DNA of 64,000 nt, taken from contig CAZBBK010000022.1 in NCBI GenBank assembly GCA_964490075.1, positions 6,168 through 70,167 of the forward strand, in the 5' to 3' direction. Made by a program: the position numbers and the translations under genes. The notes under the pieces are model-generated. The model searched no databases and had not been told where the DNA came from. It was given only the letters and a program-made list of their open reading frames with translations. Numbering within the stretch: the first letter of the stretch is position 1; each line of letters opens with the position of its first letter. The stretch comes from an uncultured Gemmatimonadota bacterium (GTDB lineage Bacteria > GCA-2686955). This document shows positions 50,005-57,850 of the stretch, piece by piece.

Positions 50005-50478
50005 ATGGAATCGCTGGCCCGCGCGCCGCGTCGCACCGATCCCGCCGGCTGCCAGCCGGTCGGAGTCTGGGAGGAGGATCTCGGCCCCCTGATGGCCGAG
50101 CTCCGGGGAATCGCGGCGCGCGGCGTGGCGGACGTCGAAGGCTACCTGACCTGCCACCCGCGGGCGGTCGAACGCATGATCGCGTGTGTGCGCGACGCCG
50201 ATCTGCGGCGCAAGATGCTGGAGCACTTCGGAGCCATCCGCGACAACGTTTTCCGCAACGGGCTGCACGCCACCCTGCTGGCCGAATCGAAGCCGGACGC
50301 CATCGAGATCTTCGGCGCCCTGGCCCGCGGCGTGACCCTGCTGAGCAAGCACACCCGCGCCCGCGGCGCCTCCGGCGAAGACCGCGAGCTCTTCGTCGCC
50401 CTGACCATCCCCGGCGATCCCCCCGATCCCAGCCGCGCGGTGGTGATCGTGGCGGATACTACGGGGCGGGGCGAATGA
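50005..50478 (+). CDS. Stand-alone degenerate PAS-like protein
   Basis: PVGVWEEDL...YLTCHP...VR...LFVALTIPGDPPDPSRAVVIVADTT aligns by eye with the second PAS of the 30013-32217 kinase (PVAIWNVDL...HLLEHP...VR...IALTVGAPGEPPAWDRAVMLAEEIT). Confidence 0.55.
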   Translation: MESLARAPRRTDPAGCQPVGVWEEDLGPLMAELRGIAARGVADVEGYLTCHPRAVERMIACVRDADLRRKMLEHFGAIRDNVFRNGLHATLLAESKPDAIEIFGALARGVTLLSKHTRARGASGEDRELFVALTIPGDPPDPSRAVVIVADTTGRGE

Positions 50479-50644
50479 AGGCGCGGAGTCGTTCTTCGGT
50501 CGAGCGGTCGGCGAAAGCTGATGATGGCTACAGCATCAGCACTTCGCCGAAGCCGGCCGACCCGTCAATGGACTGGCCATGGCGCTGGTCCGATAGTCAA
50601 CCAGTCGCCAGATCGGCGAAAACCCTCAGAGAAGGAGACAACCG

Positions 50645-52348
50645 GTGAAGCTACACGGCATCTTTGCGCTCTTGACAGTGATCGCGGCCCCCCTTTCAGC
50701 CATGGCCGAATGCACATCCAAGTCCGGCGACATCGAAGGCGAGGTCTGGTCTCAGGCCGGCTCTCCCTATTGCATCGAGGGCGACATTCGCATCCTGGAC
50801 CTGGTCATCACACCCGGCGTGCAGATCGAATTCGCCGGTGCCTACGTTTTCCAGATCGACCCCTTCGCGACTCGCTTCGAAGCGCAGGGCACCGATGCTC
50901 AGCCGATCATCTTCACCAGCCAGAGCCTCGACAACGACTGGGATGGCATTTGGTTCAACGGTGTTGGCCCCAGCGCCTCGCTGCTGATGGACCAGTGTCG
51001 TGTCGAGTACGCCGACAACAGCGGCATCACCATCACGGACTGCTATCCGACGATAAGGAACTGCGATATCACCAAGAACCACAACTCGAGCGGCGCTGGC
51101 GGCGGCATGCGCATCACGCTGGACGGGCCGATTGGCGACTTGGTGCTGAGTGACTGCCGCATCAACAACAACGCCGCAACGGGCAACGGAGGCGGGATCT
51201 GGATGAACGTCTCTTCCGGCTCGCTGACTCTCCAGCGCTGTGAGATCAACACCAACGACGCGAACAGGGACGACGCCACAGGCCATCGGCACGGGGGCGG
51301 GGTCTTCATTTCCGACGCCGCGGGTGAGCTCGCCTTCGAGGACTGCGACATCAGCTCCAATCGAACCGATTCTTTCCATTATGACAATGTCAGCTCGACC
51401 AGCTATGGTGGCGGGCTCTATCTTGGGCAGGGGACTCTCCGGATGCGCCGGTGCAGCATTGGGGACAATACTACGTATGCGTACTCGTACGATCCCAGCT
51501 ACGGCTCCAACAGAAACTCGTACCCTTACGGTGGTGGCCTCTACTTGAACGAGGGAACGGCGGTCCTGAGCAACTGCACGGTCTCGTCCAATGCGGTAAC
51601 GGGTGGAGCCGACGGCACCGTCTACCCTCGCGGGGCGGGCCTATTCAACAAAGCGGCGACGTTGTCCTTGGAGAACTGCACGATCGCCTACAACAACGAT
51701 GCCGAAGGCGTCTACGAGCAGGGCGGTGCGGTCTATGTGCTCAACTCGATCGTGTACTTCAACACCGGCGACCAGTTGAGCGCCGGCGTGGCCGGCCGCT
51801 ACAGCTGCATCCAAGGCGGCTGGAGCGACCCGGACTCGACCAATATCGATGCCGATCCCGAGTTCTACGGCGTCGACGATCTGCGCATCCGCTGCAGCGC
51901 CTCACCTTGCGTGGATGCCGGCGATCCCGTCCCCTATTACGACGACGCTTGCCAGGCGTGCGGCACCAGCAGGAACGACATGGGGGCCGGTGGCGGACCG
52001 AACAACTGTGAGCCCTCTGGTTGTGACCTGCTGATCGAGATCACCGACTACCCGGCAATCGTGAACGCGGGAGAGGTCTTCGCCTACACGGTTTGCGTCT
52101 CGAATCCCTGCGAGTCGGTGCTGAGTTTCGATGAGGTGGTTCTGGACGTGGCGGGGCCCGGTGTTTCGATCGCGCTCCCGCTCATGGATGGCATCACTGT
52201 ACCGGTGAGCTCGGGCAGTACCCTGTGCGCGGAGCAGCGACAATTCGTGCCGATCGGCGTGGCTCCGGGGCTGTACACCGGAACGACGAAGCTCTATCGC
52301 GTTGGCGAGCTTCTGCACAGTTACGCCGCGAGCGTGACCGTGCAGTAG
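50645..52348 (+). CDS. Secreted right-handed parallel beta-helix protein with C-terminal Ig-like domain
   Basis: Signal peptide; repeated GGG(I/L/V)x(I/L) turns and C.I..N..; DPEF...DLRI..SPCVDAGDP; GTG start. Confidence 0.82.
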   Translation: MKLHGIFALLTVIAAPLSAMAECTSKSGDIEGEVWSQAGSPYCIEGDIRILDLVITPGVQIEFAGAYVFQIDPFATRFEAQGTDAQPIIFTSQSLDNDWDGIWFNGVGPSASLLMDQCRVEYADNSGITITDCYPTIRNCDITKNHNSSGAGGGMRITLDGPIGDLVLSDCRINNNAATGNGGGIWMNVSSGSLTLQRCEINTNDANRDDATGHRHGGGVFISDAAGELAFEDCDISSNRTDSFHYDNVSSTSYGGGLYLGQGTLRMRRCSIGDNTTYAYSYDPSYGSNRNSYPYGGGLYLNEGTAVLSNCTVSSNAVTGGADGTVYPRGAGLFNKAATLSLENCTIAYNNDAEGVYEQGGAVYVLNSIVYFNTGDQLSAGVAGRYSCIQGGWSDPDSTNIDADPEFYGVDDLRIRCSASPCVDAGDPVPYYDDACQACGTSRNDMGAGGGPNNCEPSGCDLLIEITDYPAIVNAGEVFAYTVCVSNPCESVLSFDEVVLDVAGPGVSIALPLMDGITVPVSSGSTLCAEQRQFVPIGVAPGLYTGTTKLYRVGELLHSYAASVTVQ

Positions 52349-52355
52349 AAGCACG

Positions 52356-53459
52356 TTGCGAGGCCGCGTCCCGGCAGGGCATGACCACTTGCCGGGGCGC
52401 TCGGGAGCAGCGCCGGCCACCGACCTACGGATGCGTCACGATTCCCGCGCGGGACGATGCTCCGTCACCAGATCGAGACCGAACAGCACCGACGCCCACA
52501 TTCAGGGATCGGGCATTGCGCCGCTGAACATCTACCCGTCGATTGTCTGGTACAACACGAGTCACTCCACGGCGGGCGTGGGAATGCGCAATCAGCGCGC
52601 CAACGGTCTGGCGCTCAGCGGTTGCCCGGCGGACGTGACGGGGCCCGATCCGGTCAAGGCGGTGGTGCTGCACTGGTCCTACACCGGGGTCGACACGACG
52701 GCGCCGCCACCCAATCTGGACAACCTCTTGGTGCGGCGCTACACGCCGAGCTACTACCCACCCATCACCATATTCGGGGCGTTGATCGGCCGCAGTGCAC
52801 AGACCCGCTGGCAGGACGCGACTTCGGCCCTTGTCTACCGCGCGATTCTGCACGAGGGCGAGCTCTCCGCTCTGGGATTCAGACCCTCCGCCGGAGTGCA
52901 AGCGGGCAACGGAGTATTCGGCATCGTGCTCCCGACCGGGACCACCGCCATTCGCGATCAGCGCTCGCCCTTCGAAACCAACGGCTATTCCGCCGCGCTG
53001 GCCGCCTTCGACGGTGTGGCCATGACGGGGGTCTACTACTCGAACGAAGAGCCAATGGGCGAGACCTTGCTCTTCGACCGCGAAGAAGACACTGGCCTCG
53101 CCCTGGCCGGACGGCTATTCAACGCCGAAGCCCACTTCGAGCTACGTAACATCCACGTACCCGGAATCACGAAGAGCCTGATCAGCTTCGTCAGTTTCGG
53201 GGGACAAAACGACGTCGGCGGACACGACATCGATCCACGCTATGCCCGCGAGACCTTGTGGATCGGCGTCGGCTCCGGCCCGCCTTGTTGCTTCGCAACA
53301 CGTTTCTTCGACGGCATCCAGGGCGAGGTGTCGCCACAGCTGATGGACGCCAGAACTGTCGCCCTGGAGCTACCGACCGGCGGTCAATCCTTGCTGATCG
53401 AGGTCGATGGCGACGAGGATTGTATCGTTCCCGGCGCGGTCATCCTGACGCAAAAGTAA
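52356..53459 (+). CDS. Paralogue C of the secreted family; 5' end apparently degraded
   Basis: VWYNTSH..GVGMRNQ, HWSYTG, VYRAIL, FDGVAMTGVY, SPQLMDAR, GDEDCIVPGAV; no in-frame signal peptide, so the start is uncertain. Confidence 0.75.
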   Translation: MRGRVPAGHDHLPGRSGAAPATDLRMRHDSRAGRCSVTRSRPNSTDAHIQGSGIAPLNIYPSIVWYNTSHSTAGVGMRNQRANGLALSGCPADVTGPDPVKAVVLHWSYTGVDTTAPPPNLDNLLVRRYTPSYYPPITIFGALIGRSAQTRWQDATSALVYRAILHEGELSALGFRPSAGVQAGNGVFGIVLPTGTTAIRDQRSPFETNGYSAALAAFDGVAMTGVYYSNEEPMGETLLFDREEDTGLALAGRLFNAEAHFELRNIHVPGITKSLISFVSFGGQNDVGGHDIDPRYARETLWIGVGSGPPCCFATRFFDGIQGEVSPQLMDARTVALELPTGGQSLLIEVDGDEDCIVPGAVILTQK

Positions 53460-53757
53460 CGACACACCGACCCCCTCCGGCCCCGGGCCTGCTTGCGGCA
53501 GCGCGCCGATCTGGATCGCCGGCTGCACATGGTGCCCATCTTCACCCGGATCCCGGCCGGTCCGCGGAGCGCCGCCAGGGCTTCGCCCGCCGCCGGTGGG
53601 GGCCGGCGCCGCGACGCGCGCCTGCTCCAGCGCGAAATCGATCCGTCCGGATGCCGCCCACGGGCCGGGGGCGATGCCGCCTGCTGCGACGGGACCGGGT
53701 GTGAGTCTGTGCCCCGAAGGGGTCTCATCTTGACTTCCGTCGCCGGAGTCCCCCCCG

Positions 53758-54466
53758 CTACTCTGCCGCTCTCGGCCCGAGCACCAGCGGCCGCGGCAAG
53801 GTGACCGAGACGATGGTGCCGCCGCCGGGGCGTGGGCCGATCACCAGCAGGGCGCCGATCCGGGCCGCCCGGTTGCGCATGGTGGCCAGACCGGCTCCGC
53901 GGGCCTCGGCCTGCGATCGATCGAAGCCGGAGCCGTCGTCGCGAACTTCCGCGACCAGGGGACTCTCGCCGGAGCTCAGGTCGATCTCGATGCGCCGCGC
54001 CGCGGCGTGTGAGAGGGCGTTGGCGACCGCTTCCTGGATGATGCCGAAGAGGTGCTCGGCGGCGGCCGGGCAGGTCGACCACCGGCAGTCCGCGCGCCAC
54101 GCGACGGAACTGGCGGCGCGCATCCGACACTCCCGCGGCGACCTCTGGCGCCGGTGCTTCCAGCCCGGGTGCCCGCGCCCGCAGCCGCTCGGCCAGCCCG
54201 TCTAGCAGCAACGCCACCCCGGTGAGCGTGCTGCCGATGCGCGGGTAGGTCGACCATTTCTTGGAGATCGGGGAGGACATGTCGGTGTAGCGGCCGACCG
54301 TTTCCGAGCTGCCGAGAAAGAGATGGCCGGTAGGGAGCAGGGCGAAGTGGAAGAGCGACATCAGCCGCGACTGGACCTCCGGCTGCAGGTAGATCAGCAC
54401 GTTGCGGCAGGAGATCAGGTTCAGGCGCGAGAAGGGGGGATCGTGGGCCGGTTGCGCCGCGGCCAT
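53758..54466 (-). pseudogene. Collapsed CheR / HisKA_3 / HATPase remnant
   Basis: DPPFSRLNLISCRNVLIYL...LFLGSSET (CheR C-terminus) fused to LTGVALLL...FRRVARGL (HisKA_3), then a frameshift to IIQEAVANALSHA...DDGSGF...GLATMRNRA. Confidence 0.85.
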
Positions 54467-54470
54467 CGCG

Positions 54471-54668
54471 TCACAACTCCGCGATCTCGATCGAGAGTCG
54501 CGAGTCACGACGCAAATACGGGCGTATCTCGGCGCTCTTCCTCGAGAGCGCGGAGTTGTGACGCGAATACGGGCGTAACTCCACACTCTGATTCGAGAGC
54601 AGTGAGTCGTGTCGCGAAACGGCGTCGTAACGCGCTCTTCCGACCGCGGAGCTCGGCTTTGTGTCGGG
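54471..54668. repeat. Second 51-bp tandem array (three units) plus the same tail
   Basis: Units start at 54477, 54528 and 54579; tail GCGGAGCTCGGCTTTGTGTCGGGG; same orientation as 42440-42685. Confidence 0.85.
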
Positions 54669-54840
54669 GGCGGGGTCGGAGTCGGGGGCGGACTTGGACC
54701 CGGGAACACGGGCTCGACATCGAAACCCAGCTGCAGACGGCTGGGGTCTCGCCCATCCCCGTCCCGATCCCCAAAGCGACCTACCATCGCCCCCGGGAGC
54801 GCGGAGCGCCGGGCAGCGACCGGCGCGAGAGGAGCGCGGC

Positions 54841-55116
54841 ATGCCGCGGGTCGAGCTGACGGCACATTTGCGACGCTTCTTCCCGACGCTCGAGGTCGAG
54901 ACGCGGGTCGAGGGCGACACGGCGGCGGAGGTGGTGGCGGCGCTGGAGGCGCGGCATCCGGGGCTGGCCCACTACCTGGTCGACGAGCAGGGAGCGCTGC
55001 GGCGCCATGTGAACATTTTCGTGGGCGAGGCGCCGGTCGTCGATCGGATGGGTCTGAGCGATTTGGTGGACGAGAACGAGCGCGTCTTCATCTTCCAGGC
55101 GCTTTCGGGAGGCTGA
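54841..55116 (+). CDS. MoaD/ThiS-family ubiquitin-like protein
   Basis: LRRHVNIFV and C-terminal ALSGG. Confidence 0.92.
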   Translation: MPRVELTAHLRRFFPTLEVETRVEGDTAAEVVAALEARHPGLAHYLVDEQGALRRHVNIFVGEAPVVDRMGLSDLVDENERVFIFQALSGG

Positions 55117-55118
55117 AC

Positions 55119-56204
55119 ATGCGGACGCGAACGCTCATCGCCGGAACCCGCAAGGGGCTGATCCAGTTGCGGCGCGGCGACGACGGCTGGCGGGTGCGGA
55201 GCGCCCATTTCGAGGGGATTCCGGTGACCTACGCGGCGCGCGTCGGCGGCACGCTCTGGGCGGCGCTGGACCACGGCCACTGGGGACCGAAGCTGCAGCG
55301 CTCGGCGGATGGTGGCGCCACCTGGTCCGAGGTGGCGGCGCCGCGGCTGCCGGAGGGGCCGCGCCTGCACGAGGGCGGCCCCGAGGCGGCGCTGCGCACG
55401 ATATGGACGATCGCCGGAGGCGGCCGGCCCGGGCGCCTCTACCTGGGCACGGTGCCGGGGGCGCTCTTTCGCAGCGAGGACGGCGGGGAGTCGTTCCAGC
55501 TGGTGGAGGGACTGTGGAATCACCCGAGCCGCAGCGATCCGGCCAAGTGGTTCGGGGGTGGAATGAACGAGCCGGGGATCCATTCGATCCTGGTCGACCC
55601 GCGCGATCCGCGGCGGGTGCTGGTCGGCGTGAGCTGCGCCGGGGTGTTCGAGACCGACGACGATGGGTCGGCCTGGCGGGTGCGCAACCGGGGCTTGCGC
55701 GCCGACTTCCTGCCCGAGCCCGAGAGCGAATACGGGCACGATCCGCACTGCATCGCGCGCTGCGCGGCCGATCCCGACGTGATCTGGATGCAGAACCACT
55801 GCGGGCTTTTCCGCTCCACCGACGGAGCGGCGAGCTGGAGCGAGCTGCACGATGCGGAGGGACCGGGCGGCTTCGGCTTTGCGGTGGCGGCCGATCCGAA
55901 CGATCCCGAGCGCGCGTGGGTGGTGCCGGCGCTCAGCGACGAGCGGCGGATGGCGGTCGGCGGCGCCCTCTGCGTGTCGACCACCGGCGACGGCGGCCGC
56001 AGCTGGCGGGCGTTGCGCCGCGGGCTGCCGCAGCGCGACTGCTACGACATCGTCTACCGCCACGCCCTCGATCTGAGCGGCGAGTGCCTGGCCTTCGGGA
56101 CGACGACCGGCAACCTCTTCGTGTCGGAGGACCGCGGCGAAAGCTGGAGCTGCGCGGCCCTTTTCCTGCCGCCGATCTACTCGCTGCGCTTCGACGAGGA
56201 CTGA
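55119..56204 (+). CDS. BNR/Asp-box beta-propeller (sialidase-like) protein
   Basis: AGTRKGL start; Asp boxes SADGGATW, SEDGGESF, STDGAASW, TGDGGRSW, SEDRGESW; no signal peptide. Confidence 0.88.
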   Translation: MRTRTLIAGTRKGLIQLRRGDDGWRVRSAHFEGIPVTYAARVGGTLWAALDHGHWGPKLQRSADGGATWSEVAAPRLPEGPRLHEGGPEAALRTIWTIAGGGRPGRLYLGTVPGALFRSEDGGESFQLVEGLWNHPSRSDPAKWFGGGMNEPGIHSILVDPRDPRRVLVGVSCAGVFETDDDGSAWRVRNRGLRADFLPEPESEYGHDPHCIARCAADPDVIWMQNHCGLFRSTDGAASWSELHDAEGPGGFGFAVAADPNDPERAWVVPALSDERRMAVGGALCVSTTGDGGRSWRALRRGLPQRDCYDIVYRHALDLSGECLAFGTTTGNLFVSEDRGESWSCAALFLPPIYSLRFDED

Positions 56205-56279
56205 CGCGGCCGGACGCTGCTCACGCAAACGCGCACCAGAGCCGATCTAGGAAGTGTGGAGGTGGGGACGGAATGGTCC

Positions 56280-56927
56280 ATGCGCTCCACTTTCCTTTTC
56301 CTCCGCTCGTCGATCGCGGCGCTCGCTTGTGCGTTGCTGGGGGCCGGGTGCGCGGGGCGCTTCGGCTCGCCGGAGTCCGCGCTGGGGCCGGCGCTGCGTC
56401 TGGAGACCGAGGGGCTCGCGGTGTGGAGCGAGGGGTGCCGGCCGCGGCTCGAGCCGGAGCTTCTGCTGCGCGCCGACCAGATCGCGCGCGAGGTCTGCGG
56501 CGCGGTGCTGGGGCGCGCGCCGGCGCCGCTGGGAGAGCGGGTGCCGATCGTGATCCGGAGCGATGCGGCGCACCAGCGGCTCTCGCTGGAGCGCGGCGCC
56601 GCCGAGAGCTTCGGCTTCTACCTGCCGGGCGAGCGCCCCGAGATCTCGATCACGGCGGCCTGCTGGAAGGTCGAGCGCAACCGCCACCGGGTGACCCGCG
56701 ACCTGCCCCTCGACGCCCTGCCCTTCGTGCCCTACGGCATCATCGCCCACGAGCTGACCCACGCCTACCTGGACGCCGCCGGCTACCGCGCGGCGCGCGC
56801 CGAGATCTACCCCTGGGCGACCTATCAGCTGGTGGTGGAACGGCTGCGCGCGGAGCAGACCGGGCTGGGCGTGGCGCTGGGGATGGATCCGGAGGTGGGT
56901 GAGGTGGCGGCGGCGCCGGGCGGCTAG
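56280..56927 (+). CDS. Hypothetical lipoprotein with HEXXH motif (possible zincin)
   Basis: Lipobox LGAG-C; IIAHELTHAY. Confidence 0.6.
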   Translation: MRSTFLFLRSSIAALACALLGAGCAGRFGSPESALGPALRLETEGLAVWSEGCRPRLEPELLLRADQIAREVCGAVLGRAPAPLGERVPIVIRSDAAHQRLSLERGAAESFGFYLPGERPEISITAACWKVERNRHRVTRDLPLDALPFVPYGIIAHELTHAYLDAAGYRAARAEIYPWATYQLVVERLRAEQTGLGVALGMDPEVGEVAAAPGG

Positions 56928-57571
56928 TCGTCCAGACGCTCGCGCAGCTCCTCGGCGGCGTCGCGGATCTCTTCGGAGTCGGGGAGCGCTTCGCGGGCGG
57001 TGTCGAGCGCCCGTTCCGCCTGGGCGGCGGCGTCCTCCAGATCGAGATCGCGCGCGAAGTCGACCGCCCGGTCTCCGAGATCGCGCACCGCGTCGCGGCC
57101 GCTGTCGATGTTCGACAGAGCCTCGCGCCAGGGAGCCTGCTCGGCGGTGGCGATCGCGTAGGCCCGCGACTCTTCGAGGGCGGGACGCAGCGCCGGCACG
57201 ATCAGGGCGATCGGCAGCAGCACCAGCACCACCACCAGGATGCCCTGGGCCAGCCCGACCACGGCGCCGAGCAGTGCGTCGACCGCCCGCAGCGGCGTGG
57301 CGCGCGCCGCCTTGACCAGCACCCGTCCGATCAACGAGACCGGCAGCGCGCCGGCGAGAAAGGCGAGCGGCACCGCAACCAGGCCGGCGACTACGCCGCT
57401 GCCGAGCACCGACTCGAGGGCCGCGGTGATCTGCGGCCGGGCACCGATCAGCACCACCAGCCCGGCGGCCAGCGCGGCCAGTCCGACCAGGCGGATGGCG
57501 AAGCCTTTGCGCAGCCCGAGCAGGGTGAAGAGGAGGACGACGCCGAGGCCGATCAGATCGAAGCTGTTCAT
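56924..57571 (-). CDS. cvpA: CvpA (colicin V production) family membrane protein
   Basis: FDLIGLGVVLLFTLLGLRKGF and VDALLGAVVGLAQG; ATG at 57571. Confidence 0.8.
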   Translation of the reverse strand: MNSFDLIGLGVVLLFTLLGLRKGFAIRLVGLAALAAGLVVLIGARPQITAALESVLGSGVVAGLVAVPLAFLAGALPVSLIGRVLVKAARATPLRAVDALLGAVVGLAQGILVVVLVLLPIALIVPALRPALEESRAYAIATAEQAPWREALSNIDSGRDAVRDLGDRAVDFARDLDLEDAAAQAERALDTAREALPDSEEIRDAAEELRERLDD

Positions 57572-57671
57572 GGTGCGGAGCTCCTGGGGCTGGTGGGCCA
57601 CTGAGTCTGCGTCAATCACGCCCGCCGGTCCACCCGGATGGGCCACCGAGCGAGGGCGAGTGCGGTTGGAT

Positions 57672-57821
57672 TTGACATTTCTCGCGGCGAGGCGGGTTCA
57701 GTTTGACATCTCTCCCCGATCCACGGCCATTTGGGCCGCCCAGGGTCGCCAAATCACCGCACACACGCCCCTTTCGCCGGGAAATGTCAAACTGAGCTCG
57801 CTTCGGTGCGAGGAATGTCAA
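57672..57821. repeat. Intergenic inverted repeat carrying four TTGACAT boxes
   Basis: 38-bp arms (57672-57709 / 57784-57821, 6 mismatches); each arm has two TTGACAT boxes 31 bp apart. Confidence 0.8.
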
Positions 57822-57850
57822 GTTCGGGCGGGCTGGCCGCGGTCGGACCA

